Assembly: GCA_905178155.1 (NCBI GenBank) | Contig: CAJINV010000001.1 | Location: 6,047,860 to 6,111,859, forward strand | Source of the DNA: Amoebophrya sp. A120 | Taxonomy: Eukaryota; Protista; Dinoflagellata | Length of the DNA stretch: 64,000 nt | Direction of reading: 5' to 3' | Shown here: positions 1-13,400 of the stretch, in pieces | Numbering within the stretch: position 1 is the first letter of the stretch | Layout of the letters: each line of letters opens with the position of its first letter | The notes under the pieces: model-generated | Told to the model about the DNA's origin: nothing | The model's database searches: none | The model's input: only the letters and a program-made list of their open reading frames with translations | Program-made: the position numbers and the translations under genes

Positions 1-1503
1 TGTGTCCGTGCTTGTTTCCCTCGGTGGCGGAGGATGCAGCACCCGAATCTTGTTTGTCATCCTCTCCGCCAACTAGCGCCGCGAGATCTACTTCCGTGGC
101 CGCAGCCGCAACCAAAACAGACGGAGCCTCGCCTAACTCCCAAGGCGGGGATGCTGGGGATGCTTCTGCGGCAGCGGGTGCGAAGAATGGTGAAGAGGAG
201 CAGCACGACGAGAATGAGCACGCCGTTGTTACCGTAAAACGGAACGCCACCGGCCTGGAGTCGTCCGGAGCGTCCTCGGCAGAGAGCGTAAGTTCTGGGG
301 ACACCGACGACGGGCACATCGGGGGGCCGTCCCCGAAGAAAAAGAAGCAGAAACAAAAGCTGAAGGCGAAGCCAGGCAAATCCAAATCGAAGTCCACCAA
401 GGTGGGAAGCAGCGAGACGAGCGGCTTTCTCAACCTTGGTAGCGCAGGGACGTCGGATCCCTCGAAGGTGTCAGCGGTGACCGACTCCGCCCAGAGCTCC
501 GGCTCTTCATTGGATATCCCACTTGAAATTTATTTCACTTTCGTCTCCGAATAGATTTTGGTGTACAAAATGAGTCAATGCTCGTCAGAGTGAAGAAGTC
601 AGGACGTGGGGCTTTGCATCTTTGACCTGTGGAGGTCCTACTCGTTTTGCATGATATCAACTTGAGTTGTTCATTGTTGAGATACATAGCTGGAAGTCAG
701 GGTGATTTTTTGAAGTGGGATGTCGGAAGACTCGTCCGGCAGTGGTGACAACGAGACAGGCAAAGGAGAGAAACGCCACGGGAAAAAGCACCCAAAGAAA
801 AAGAAACCGACTGGAGCAGCCCCGGTCGCCGCGCTTCCCCCCGGGCTGCTTGGCGAAGCGGAGGCCGCGCTGCAGGCGATCGGCTTCACTCGGCGGCAGG
901 CTCATGCGCTCGGGCAGCAGATTGCTGACACCGCCGAGGGCGAGTTGAAATCCGAGGCAATGCGCCTGAACGACGAAGAACGGTTATCAAATGAAACGAC
1001 GTAAATCCTCGAAAGAGGACGAAACCGCGTGCAGCACGCGATGCGACCAGCTTGTTTCTACTTTAGTTTTTGCATTTCGTTTTCGACAACGTCTCCTTCT
1101 CCTTCTCGCCTAGCCAACACTAAATGCTAAAGTGCCTATGATTGATTCTGATGCTGTGATGTTGAAAAAGCGGGGTGAACATCAAATCGCTGGCTACAAG
1201 TCGAAGCCTGGCGTGCTGCAGCGCAGTATTTTTTCCAACGCATACCGGCAAATCGCGGAAAAGGGACTCGGCGGGGCCACAATCCTCGATTTGCAAGATC
1301 TGGTGGCCGAATTGGTACACCAAAAGCCGGAATTCTTTCACGAGTACACCGATGGAGACGATGCGGTGAACGCAGACACACAGGCTGCACTCGACCGGGG
1401 AGAGCCGGTTTCCATTCTCGCCCACAAGGTAAAGAAAGCCAAGCACCCCAAAGCCGGCGCAAAACACAAGCCAAAGGCAAAAGCCGCAAAAAAGCACCAT
1501 TAA
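1..1503 (+). CDS. 3' part of paralogue 1 of the tandem vWA/TM/helical-repeat family (exons approx. <1-514, 728-983, 1249-1503)
   Basis: Spliced translation gives AEAALQAIGFTRRQAHALGQQIA...LNDEERQIAEKGLGGATILDLQDLVAELVHQKPEFF. This matches the C-terminal domain of the three downstream paralogues (e.g. AEAALQDVGFSKKQAARL...EEKRIADQGLGG..IFDLNGLVDELVEQKASFF). Confidence 0.85.
515..722. mobile_element. Introner-type non-canonical intron (TIR-bounded)
   Basis: Ends tatcccacttgaaa / tttgaagtgggatg are inverted repeats. Flanks ttgga / tcgga. Removing element+5 nt joins ORF 12-554 in frame to ORF 720-1004. Confidence 0.8.
984..1248. mobile_element. Degenerate introner-type intron
   Basis: Starts ttatcaaatg, ends ...cgcataccgg; direct repeat cgg. 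Removal gives DEERQIAEKG as in the paralogues. TIR is weak. Confidence 0.6.
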
Positions 1504-2982
1504 CGACAACTTACTTCCAATGTGGAAAGTTTTTTTATCTGGTTTCTTGCACTTCCAGCACCAAATGCAAAAGCAAATCCGATCTGAAAGGGATGCATTT
1601 ATGGTTACAGCAGATTTTTTGAACATAATTATAATTAACATCTACGTCAGCCACAGCGAAGTCGTTGAGTTTTATCTTCGCTGTTGCTCGCCAGTTTTTT
1701 AGAAAATTTTAAGTTTTACCCATTCTCTCACGTTCCCAAGATGTAGGTCTCATTCTCTTGATGAATTGCAACAACTTTTCTCGCGTCACGAGACGTAGCA
1801 GTAAATTTTTAACTTACTTGTTGCAGAAAACAGTCGTTCCCCGACCCATTCCTACAGGCAAAGTGCCAGTTTCTTTCGTTCCCCTTTCATTCTCTTTCTG
1901 ATTCACGAAGCCCCGGAGTTGAATGACCTGCAGAAGCCAATCTTCAGGGTAAGTATCGATCCTAGAAATCTCGTACTTGATATGACGCCGAATTCGAGCC
2001 ATTGAACTGCGTGTTCTCCAACGTGAGTCTGGAACTAGCATATCTTAGAATGCGTCCCAATTGTAGAAGCTGTGGAGCGTAGAAGATTCAATAGATCCGC
2101 CTACGATTGGTGCATTCTTTCATTGAAAGCATGGAGCATATTGTTTCTTCTTCCCTTTAGAAGTACCTTGAAAAGTGGCATCGTCGTGGAAAAACGTGAG
2201 TTACTTTTTTTAAGCTGCAGTAATATAGCTGACGCAAACGTCTACGTCCGTTCGGCTATCATTGCTTCTGCCACGAATGCCGTTGTCGTTCTGTATCGTG
2301 AACAAATTCTTACTTTTTGATCGTTCGTCCAGTTCTCTTTTCGTCCCACGACACTCTCGTCATCGCTTTTCATCGTCCGGTATTTGTATAAACGTACATT
2401 GAATCCGCCTGACTCCTTGCTTCAGACGTTGATGCGAATGTCGTTGGAGTGGCTGCAGCCACTCGCGACACTTCTCAATTGCTGTTGCAAGATAAGGTAT
2501 CTTCATTTACTTGCTTCTGCGTGCTCAGCAGGCGATGGACGGCCCCCCTCACTTTTGAAAGTAGTTGCATGTTCATTTTACATTATTACCATTGCATTTG
2601 GAAGCAATAGAGATGTCCTCGATGCGTCGGTATTGAGAACGAGCACACGCACAGTCCCTTGTGATTCACACTTACGTGATGTTGACCGAAGCGTGTTGAC
2701 ATAATTTTCCTATACGAATTAATGGGAGTTGTAAAGAAGTAGAGGCCTTGACGCGGACGCGCACGATGATAAGCGAAAGCGAATGCCTAAGCCTGGCGCT
2801 TTCATCATCCCACGACCTGTATTCAGCTGATTGTCTAGGTCTTTTGTCTTAAATGATTTTTCGAAGTGATGAAGGATAAGGTCAAGGTTCTGAAGGTGGT
2901 GGCGAAAAGCGATCATCGCGTGCCGCCAGTTGCGCTTGTGCCATCGTCCGGTCCTATTCGACGTCGATGTGCCGCGAGTTCC

Positions 2983-5900
2983 ATGCTGCGTGCTGTTCTC
3001 GAAAAGCTAACCGCAGTTTATTTCGTTTCCGGATGGTTGCTATTGCGGCTGGATGTCGATATCGACCAGGGCGGCGTTTTTGTTTCAGCCTTCACGTTCA
3101 AGCTGAGATCAACCAAAGCTCCGAACGTTGGGCGATCGAGAGGACAACCTCATCTGAAGAACACGGGTAGGAGGCTGAGAAAAGATACTAACGACGACCC
3201 AAAGGTTACGCCAGTAGCACTTTTCCAAAAGGTGCGTGAAGAGAAGAGTGCTAAGGCAAGCAGTGCGTCTTTCGCGGAAGAGCGCGTGGGCCACCAGGAA
3301 AATGCAGGCGCGGAACTGAATTTTCGGAATAAACAGAACCGCGCGGGGCAGCGGCAGGGTCGTTTCGAGCATGATAAGCGCAGCGAAAGCGGCAGTGGAA
3401 CTACCCTGGGCGCAAGCGCAGCCGTAGTGGTGGAGGCTGCTTCAGCAACCCGTACAACGGTTGGCGCGAGGGCACAGGCCTACTTCGACCTCGTGGAGAG
3501 CAAGGTGCGCCAGCTGCGCCTTAAGATCTACGAGGCTGCGGCGGCCTGCAAGGCGGACGCAAAACCCGAAAAATGCTGCGGCAGCTCCAGTCCTCGCGCT
3601 ACGTCGAGCTCGTCTTCGTCCTCGTTCGGAAGGATCGGGGAGTGCAGCGCGGAACAAGGCTGCTTCGCCATGGACACTACCGGGGGGAAAAGCGTGCGGG
3701 TCAGGTACGACGCCGTTGCGGTCACGGACGACCACGAAGATTGCTTATCACGAGCCATCGTCCACCTGTTCTTGGACGAGGCCAACAAGCCCGCGGAGGC
3801 GGATGTGGACGGGACGAAGCTGTTGCGCAACCCCATCACCGAGCAGAGCAGCAAAAGCGACGTCACCGCGGACCTGGGGTTCGCCACGGTGGCTCTCGAA
3901 AAACCAGGAGACGGAGCAAACCGTTTTGTGGCGCGCTGGCCTGTCAGCAATCACACGGTACGCACCGACCACGCCGCACCATGGTACGTGAAGACCCTGA
4001 CGGGTGTATCCTGTGTAGAACCGTCCCCGGCCCATTCTAGCTTTCTATGTTGTCTTTGTGATGCGCCGTCGCACAACCACGTCTTCGATTTTCGCTCAGC
4101 TCTAGCAAGTACATGTGTGATGTTGTGCTGCCAGGCATTTGCATTTTCTATTGCTAATCATGCGCGAGTGCGATGATAGCGATACATATCCGCTACTGCA
4201 ACTTTCTTATCTATTTATTAGGATGAGAGAGATGAGACTGAGAGGCTAGTAATCTCGACCACAAACACAATGCTGGTGGCTCGCGCTTATCATGCACAGA
4301 CCTCCATCACCGCAAGATTTTCACTTAGAATCACCGATCCCGGGTTGGGACGAGGCTTTTACACGGGATACAATGGAGTGTCGAAGAACGTGGTGATTGT
4401 TGTGGACCGGAGTTGGTCCATGGACATGACTAAATCGTGGGAGGACGCGCGAGGTGCCGCCCTGGCCGTGCTCGAGTCCCTCGCCACCACCGATAAGTTC
4501 TTTCTGATGACCTACCAGCACCCTGTGCAGTTCGCGGCCTTCGAGTTCGTGCACGCCACTGCGGCGCACGTGGCCGCCGCGAAAGCGTGGCTGGACCTCC
4601 AGTTTCCGATCGGGGGCTCCACCAGTCGCCCGGATGCGGAGTTTGCGATCGGGGCTGCGATCACGGTCGGCACGCTCGGCGTCGTCCCCGAGGCGTGGCG
4701 CACGAAAATAAGCGGGACGGTGAACAATTACGACAGCGACGATCGTCGGTTGCCACCGGATCCCGCGTCAGACGCATCATGCCCCCTGGCGGCCGCAACA
4801 CGCTGCGAAAAGACGATGGTGTTGTTTATCTCAGACGAGAACTTCAACCAGGACAAGTTTGACCACAAACACGGGACCTGGTTAAGGAACCTCCTCGAGG
4901 CCACGGAGAAACTCGAAGCAGATGAGGCTCCTCTTGAGAACGACATCGACCCTGCTGTTTACCTTAACGTATACCGGCTCGATTCGAGTCATGATAAGGA
5001 GGCGCCGCCGCCGACCGTGGACGGTCCCTACAAGACCATCGCCGGCCAGTTCGATGGTGAGGCGGAGGTCACTCGCTGGCAGGAGGGGGCGCTTGCGGAT
5101 CGAGTGATCCGTTACTGGCAGAAACTTGTCAACAGCAACGACGGCGATGACGTAACGTGGAGCGCACATGAAGACGAGGAGGGCTACCACCTCACGGCCT
5201 GCCTACCGCTTGCACTAGATTACTATGTTGCGGCAGCAGGTGGAGCCGCAGCTGACACAGTCCCCCCCGGCCTCGTTTGCCTCGACCCTCGAGCGGCACT
5301 TCCTATCAGCCTGGCGCAGCTGGAGTGCCACACAGATGGCTTTCATGAGGAGCTTGCGAACCGGCTGAACGCCCGGGGCTGCACTGCGGAAGCCTTGAGG
5401 CAGCAAAGGGCCCGACGGGGAGCGTACTGTAACACATTGATAACGGCCCTGCAAAAAGACCAGGAGCTCGAGACGGAGGTGTTCGACTTTCTCGAAACTC
5501 TGCACGACGTAAATTTCACAAGCTCCACGCTCTCCGGGGCGATGGAGAAGGCGCTGACCTTGGTGCCCTGTATAGGTTGTGACCTCGGTAAACCCATTTC
5601 CCGAGAGGACAAGACCGATCCCAGCGTGAGATATTTTGCACACACTTATCCCAATGGTACAGAGGTGGACTATCTTCCCTCTTGCCCATCAAAACAAGAT
5701 CAAGCGGCCGCGGGGGATTGCTCAGACTACGAGAAGCAGTGGCGACAAACGTATCCCCATCACGCCCTGTATCATTCCGAGGACGATGACGGGAACGGGG
5801 GTGCTCTTCCTACTGTGCAAGAACGGGCCAACATCTGCAACTCCACGATCATACCACCTGCAGTCCTGTTGACGCAATTGGGCGGGGGAGGTGTGGCGGA

Positions 5901-8900
5901 CGAGGAAGTGCAAGCACTTGCCAAGAAGATGGACGTCCTCGGCTGGGTTTCCGGCGAAACGAGTGAAGAGCAGGAGACGACCTCTGAGGCTGACGAGGCT
6001 AGCGATGCCTGCCGTGTGTGTCTTCTGTTCGTCGTGATTTTTGCGCTGCTCATCATTGTTGTGCTACTGTTGTTCTGCTGTTACAGAACAGCAGGAGCAC
6101 CACAGCGGGGAGGTGGCGCGCTTGTAGTGGATGAGAACATCTTTGCGTACACCCCCGCAATTGCGGCAGAGCGGCTCGACCCAGGCCGCGTGCAGCGTGC
6201 CCTGGTGGCCGCCGGGTTTAGTGCTGCCTTCGCGGCAACACTGGCCAAACAGGTGGCTAGCCCCGCGGCGGATCGCGCAAGCCTCAAGTGGCCCTTGCCG
6301 GGTTCTCCGGACTTTCGGGCACTGGAACGTCTCGGCCTCGACTTCAGCGCCCCGGAAACGCACGCACTCGGTGTTATTCGCGGCATCCTGCGAAAAGGCC
6401 TGGCTGTAATAAAGCGCAGGGAAGGTGGCGGGCGGAATCTGCGGGGGGAACCGGTGCTGGGGACGAAGGAACTGTCCCTCTATAACGCAGAGTTCCAAGC
6501 AGCGGAAAGCGCATTCCTGGACCTCGGCCTGTCTCCCGTGGGGGCTCGAAAAGCTGCAAGGCAGGTCGCTGGACCTGTACTGGACGCGGAGGCGCTGAAT
6601 CTGACGGGCCTGAACGAGCTCGACGTGCAACGCTTGGAGGGGGAGCTTGGTTTGGAGACAGGCACCGACCGGGCCCGTACGGATGTCCCGATCGAGGTCG
6701 GCCGGGTGCGAAAAGCCTTGCGCCGTCTGTTCGGCGTGGATCGCGGGGACCCGAGCAGGGCGACTGATTCCGACCTGCGGGCCTCCCCGCTGTTGTTTGC
6801 GACGGCCGACGAAGACTTTGAACTAGCGGAAAGCTTGCTCCGGACCGCGGGCGCGAGCGCTGCGTGCGCGAGGAAGCTCGCGGGAGACGCCGCAGGACCG
6901 GATCTGGACGCGACACCCCTGGAAACACAAACGCTGCGGGCGCTGGACATCGCGGTGCTTCGGCGTGAGCTCGGTCTTCATGCCACGGTCGATCGGGCGC
7001 CGGAGGCGATGAAGCTCGGGCTTGACGCCACGGTCGATCGGGCGGAGCTTGACCTCGGCGCGCTCCGGGAGGCCCTCCGGACGAGGGCGGTGCTCGCAAA
7101 GCGCAAGGGCGGCAAGCGCAAGCTGAAAGAAGAGCTGCTGTTCACGACTTCTCAGCAAGATTGTCGGCTCGCTGAAGCAGCGCTCGTTGCCGCCGGTATG
7201 ACCAGTAGCGGGGCGAGGAAGATTGCGCAGGACGCCGCCGCGCCCGACCTTGCGACGGAACGGCATCTCAGTGCCATCCTCAGTGACGACGATATGCGAA
7301 TTCTGTTGCAGTTTTTGGAGTTGGATGAGGTTGCAGAAGCCGGCGGCGTGCTGACCGCGAGCGTTCTCCGCGGGGCCGTTCGAAAAGCAGTGGGCAGACA
7401 TCGTGGGTCGGGCGGGGCAGCAGGTTCGCCCCCGCTGCTAACCACGTTCAATCTGAGCTACCAGACCATTGAAAACGCGTTTCTGAGCGCCGGTTTGACC
7501 CCGGGGTTCGCGCGGCGCTTGGCACAGCAGACGGCGGCGGCATCAGTCGGGGGTAACGAGGCGCTGGTTACCCCCAAGACTGAAGCGGACTGGCGAACGC
7601 TGGCGCTTTTGGGATTGGATTTTTCGCAGCCCGAGTGCGTCGGCCGGGTGCGCGAGTTCCTGCAAGTCATGGCGGCTGCCACGATCTCGGCTCGGTGCAA
7701 GGACGTCGTCGAGATGAGGGTCCTTTCTCTCGACGAATCCCAGCATCGGCTGCAGGCAGCAGGCTTTTCCGAAAAGATGGCCGGCTACGTTGCTGCCGTC
7801 ATTGTCCGCAAGGCGCAGCAGCAGGGGGGCGCGCGTCCAGGGGGCGCAGTAGAGTTCTTGTCAGGCGCGGAACGACGGGAGTTGGAGCTCTGCGCAGAGT
7901 CCGTTGAAGACCGCGAACTCTTTGGCATCGTGGGTCGAGCCGGTCTCCTGCCTGGCTTCGTTTACGCGGGTTCCCGATTCCCACCGCAACCGGACGGAAA
8001 AACCGACGAGTGGTTCGCTGCGGACGACGAGATTGTGATTGATCTTCAGGCGTTTGCTCTTGGCGCGGAGCTAGGCGGAGCGGAAGTCGCGCATTCGGTG
8101 CAAGGCTTTGAAGCACGCAGAGTGGGGGCGGAACGCTCTCCTGGAAACCAAGCGATTGCGTTGATGCCGCCCCGAAAAGACGCGTACCCGGATCTGCGGC
8201 TGGGGACGCTGTCCTCGCAGCGGATGAGGAGCGGGGCGCCCCCATCGGCGGTGTCCGATATGATGCATCTTGATGACGAGCAGCAGACACCGACCGGCAC
8301 CTGCGGTGCCTGTGTATCGTGGTGGCAAGCTCTTGTGGCATCGTGTTGCGGTAGAAGCGGCCGGATATTGCAAAAAGGACAGTGGCCACCTCCGGAGGCG
8401 AATTTCGAGGAAGGCGATGATCGTGAGGACGCCGGAAAGACTCCCGATGGGGCCATCTCGGAGGACACTCAGGGAGAACCAGGCGGCGCTGCAAGCGGAA
8501 CAGATGCAGTGGCAGAAAGCGCCAAAAAAGGAAGCAAGAAATCTTTGGGTGCCGCGAAAAAGGGAACAAAGAAAAAGTCGAAGGCCAAGATAAAGTCGCA
8601 AACCGCAAATGAAATAAATGTTGCGTTTTCATCGTCGGTGGTGGTGCCGGCGCAAATTCCTCAGATCTCCTCTGGAATGTTTCCGGCGTCAGAGCGTCCT
8701 CCAGGAGAGGGCCTACTAAACGGTGATGAAAGGGCTACGCCAGCAGACGTCGATGGTGCGGTCTTGTCCTCGGCGCCCGGCAGTGTGTCCTCGGCGCCCG
8801 GCAGTGGGTCCTCAGGTTCCAGCCGAGCTTCGGGAAGAACAGGCGGGAAAAAAGTCGGGAAGACTTCGAAGTACCGGCTCGGGAATAAGGGAACCAAGAA

Positions 8901-9438
8901 TAAGTTGAAGGCGGTCGGCGCGCTCAGCCGTGGGAGATCGCCGCCGGCGGAGCCAGTGGACCCTACTAGCAGTGCACCTGCTTCATCCACAATCACCAGC
9001 ACCGCCCACGCGCCGGCCCCGCCGCTACCGCCCGGGCTGATAGGCCAGGCGATTGCGGCGCTACAGGACGTCGGGTTCGACCCCCAGCAAGCCGTGCTCC
9101 TGTCGCGAAAGATCGCGGCGGTCGATGCCGCAGAGCTGAACGAGAGGGCGCTGACCGACGGCGAGCGGGCGGTCGCGCAAAAGGGCCTTGGAGGCGTGAA
9201 CATACCTGATCTGGACGAGCTCGTGGAGCAGCTGGTCGCGCAAAAGGCAGTCTTCTTCGCGGAGGCCCTGTCTCCGGAGTCGCAGGCGGAGGCCGGGGCC
9301 GCGCGGGACCGCGGGGAGCCTATGTCCCTTCTCGCGGACCGGTGCGCGGACCCCGTCCGGGGAGCGGCGAAAAGAAAGTGGAAGCTTCTGGCAAACGCAA
9401 ATAAACCCAAACCCAAGAAGAACGCGGCTGCTGGATGA
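2983..9438 (+). CDS. Paralogue 2: alpha2delta/CACHD1-like vWA ectodomain, single TM, 7 cytoplasmic helical repeats (exons approx. 2983-4006, 4376-9438)
   Basis: Hydrophobic N-terminus. PWYVKTLTGGVSKNVVIVVDRSWSM...AVLESLATTDKFFLMTY resembles the alpha2delta RPWY...PKDVVILVDVSGSM junction, with a MIDAS DxSxS motif. TM VCLLFVVIFALLIIVVLLLFCCY. Repeats of type ExALxxAGLS..A..LA. Confidence 0.8.
4007..4370. mobile_element. Introner-type intron
   Basis: tatcctgtgtagaa...ttttacacgggata inverted ends. Element+5 nt removal gives TLTGGVSKN (paralogue 3 has TRTGGVRKN). Confidence 0.8.
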
Positions 9439-10448
9439 CTGCGAGAGTTGTTTTTTATTTTTTTTCGCACCACTTAGTCTTAGATACACATAAGCACATT
9501 AGTGTTTTTCTCTGCCACCTTGACCTTCAATCACCACGACAAGGTAGATTCAGCTGGGTCGCTCGTAAATCCTTACTTTTTGGCAATAGGGTGAGGAGAG
9601 AGCTGGTGCAAGATATCGCTTTCCAGATGGCAAACAAGTTTCTGCACCCACAGCATTCGTTTTAAAGGCGAAGGTTTTGCGTTGCGGGCTTTTTCAATCG
9701 GAATTTCGTGCTGTTTGCATCGTGTTGTTCCTACTCGCAGCGCTTGCCGATTTGGACTTGGCTTTCGTTTTGTAGCACTTCTTCGACAATTTTCTCGTAA
9801 GAACAATAAGCAAACACTCGCGTTGATATTTGTAGCTCTGTGTTTTTCGCGTCTGTTTCTGACTTTGTCGTAAATTCGTGCGTGCAAAAGAAAATAATGA
9901 GTAAAAGATTCGTGATCGTGCTCAAGGCGTTGTTAATTTTCTCGTCCGCTGTTTCACTTCAGGAAACAATTCCGGGGGTGTAAAAACTTGAACTTCTACT
10001 GCTTGTCGTCCATCCGTTTGTTTGAAGATCGTCCTCTTGTTGGAGCGAGCTGTGTCGACACAAAAAATTGATGGATAATTATGAGGTGACACGAAAGCTA
10101 TGAATCAATTTCAATGGATGCCGAAATCGCAATTTTTTCTGCCAATCTGTACACACAGGAAGTGAAAAATCAATCAGAACTACTAGTGTTGATGCCCGCG
10201 GCACCGCGGATATATTCTCGTTTAAATCTTTCTATCTATGTGTATGTGCTCAACTCGTTTTCCCCGACCAACGTCACCCGCCGAAGTTTGAGTGCTATGT
10301 ACGATCGTAGTTTCTACTAAGTGATTTGTTCGTTGCGTAGTTTTTTGCGATAATAGGTGCAGCAAGGACTGGCATCTATTTAGGTATTGGTTTTACCCAC
10401 TTCACACCTACTTGCAGGAGGATGCTGACCTCTACCGCTGGGCGCGCT

Positions 10449-13400
10449 ATGCAGCACGTCGTTCGAATGCTTCTGGTGCCGGCGCCGGGGTCTTTGGTAC
10501 TACAAAGTTTTCTGCCAAGATTATCCTTGGGATACACCTTCCGTACCGGTTTGAAAAGAAGCTCCCGCCACGTTAAGACCCTTCCGGTGACGACGAAGAA
10601 AGCAAGTGCAAGACCGATTCTACCCAGGAGAGAAAGGACGCGGCGACAGCAAAAAAAGACGAAAGAAGAGTATAGCACGCACGAAAATTTCCTTCAAGCC
10701 AGCTCTTCCATCAAGCAGCAACGCCGTCTACAGTACGAAGAGCGTAAAATAAGAACAAAGCATGGCATAGTTGAGCGCAACCAAGACGGGAGCTCCGGCA
10801 TCACGTCTAACCCCAAAAGTGATAGCACCGAAAAGTACAGTGGGCAAAGTTACAGCACGGGTAAAGATTTGGTTCCTCCACTCGCTCCGACTGCAAGTTT
10901 ACTGCAAATGAGTTTCAAGAAGGACCAGGACCAGGAGCAATTGCAATACGCCGCACAGGATTATTTGGACAGGACGGAAGAAAATGTGCTGGCTTTGCGG
11001 AATGAAATACTGGACATCGCAACCACTTGCGCAGGCAACCCTCAATATTATGCTCCGCAAGAGGAAGCCTATGCTTCGTTGGGGGTCTGCGATGCGCATG
11101 CGACGGATGGTGGCTGTTTTGAGTTCAAGAATAGAGTCGTTGTGAATTACAACAAAGTAGGGATCCGAGACAACGCGGAGTGCTTGCAGCGCGGCATTGC
11201 GCGCCTTTTCCTAGATGAAGCCCACAAGGACTCGTCCGATGCGCTTCTGCGACAGCCGATCACACAGGACACGAAGGATTTGGCGAGCTCGGATCTTGGC
11301 TTTGCAACCGTGGTGCTCGAGCCCAGCAGTGGCACAACGCCTGCATCTTCGAGGGATACTAGTGTTGCGGTCGTGCGTTGGCCGCATTCGCACAGTGAAG
11401 AAATGAAGGTCAACCACGCCTACACGGCACCAGCGGACGCCGCGCACGAGGTCTTGCAGTCAAGAGTGGAAGATGGTAAGGAGGTCAAGTATCTGCAGAA
11501 CCCGCTGCGGAATCACGATTCGAGAAGTATCAACGCGCCCTGGTACGTGCGGACGCGAACCGGGGGCGTCAGAAAGAACGTCGTGTTGTCTTTGGACGTA
11601 TCGAAATCGATGGAGCTCAGTGATTCCTGGCCGATCGCGCTGGATGCCGTCAAAGCAGTGCTCGACTCCCTGGATATCAGAGACCGGTTTTTTGTCTCCA
11701 CGTTCGAACACACCGTGCAATTTTCCGCATTCGAGTTTGTGCACGCGACGCCAGCAAACGTCGCACGTGTCAAGCAGTTGCTAGAAAACAAGTATCCGTT
11801 TGGGGGCATAAACGTGCGTCCCGACTCGGAGTTCGCTATTGGCACGTCGATTGTGATCGGTACGCTGGGCGTGGTGCCAGGGGCATGGCGTGACAAGTTT
11901 CGGGATAGTAACGACGGCGCGGATCCTAGGAAGTGGAAATTTGCTGTTGCAGTTTTTGTTCCTGCTGTGCTTCATCCCCGCACAGAAGTGGTGGCCACCT
12001 CACGGCTAGTCAATTTCTCTTGCATGACGTTGAATTAGAATTGATGCTGAAGTTGGTGTATCATTGCACGAGACGAAAAATGATGTGCAATGTCACCCCC
12101 ACACCATGGAAGCAGCAATTGTACTATCTGCTTTATTGCATTTCCATCGTCGAAAAAAACAACAAGCGAATCAAGCGATGACAATCTGCATGCTGATCCC
12201 CATGATCTTCAGCATGGCGAAGAAGATTATAGAAAAAGGAATCACATAATCATTTGTTTCTCACACAACGGACATATATACGTCTACGTCCGGGTTAGAG
12301 GCTGGAGAACGAACCAGCAACGCAGTAAATTTCCATTGCATACAATCCCCTGCTGTGGGCTTACCACCGGACGGTCATTTAGCGGATAGGACGTGTCCAT
12401 CGAAGTCGTCCACTGTGTGTGAACAGACTGTCGTGTTAATCATGACCGATGAAGACTACAGCGATCAGTACGCGAGAGATGGCTCTGGCGAGCTGTTGAG
12501 CCACTGGGATGGCCTTGACCATTGGGACCAACATGGAACTGCGATTACGTGGCATGGCTACGATACGTGGATCAAAGATCTGCTACAAAGTACAGCGCGA
12601 ATAACAGGCTCACAGGGTCAGCAGGGAGGAGCTTCTCAGGAGCCGGCTGTGTACCTAGACATCTATAGGTTTTACCGCGAGGAAGAAGAGCCACCGATCG
12701 ATCTGAGCCAAAAAGTATACACAGACATCACTGCGCAGTTCGGTGGCGAGGTAAGGCTGGCGAAGCACAGCGACAACGAATTGCTACAGTCGATGGGAAC
12801 CTATTGGCGGAGACTGCGGGACGCTGGGGCTTCAGAAGAGAGCCCCAGCACTTCTATCATTTGGTCCGCCCATGAGGACGTGGAAGGGTACCACCTGAAT
12901 GCCTGTGTAGCGATCGACCTCCGCGGGACCAGTGATTTGCAAGGCGTTGTCTGTCTCGACCCGCGCGCTGCGTTATCGCTCAGCATGCAGCAGTTACGAT
13001 GTTTGGAAGGTTTTGACGTGGCTGTAACCGAAATGCTTGCGCGGACCGATGCCGGTACGTGCAGCATAAATTCGCAACAGGCGGTGCGGGAAGCATACTG
13101 CGAAAATTTAGAAGCGAGCCTGGCCGGCTCAGGGGGTTACAACGTTGTGGTGCCGTATCAACTGATATTGGGAGACAACTGGAGCTCATGGAATGAGCTG
13201 TCTGCTGCGACCGAAGAGGACTGTGCGGAGCCCTCCGCGTGTCCCGACCAAAAACGAGTGAAATTCACATCGAGCTGGCAGAGGCATCGCGGACAACTCT
13301 TAGACGCCATGAGCGCGGGAATCCTCACCGCCGGGCCTGCGAACTGTGCGACCGATACCGAGGGGGGCGGGGACGGGTCGTGCACCGCAGCTGCGCGATA

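Noticed and set aside
2983-9438. TRAP/MIC2-family adhesin
   Set aside because: No TSP1 repeats and no short acidic Trp tail. The sequence around the vWA resembles alpha2delta instead.
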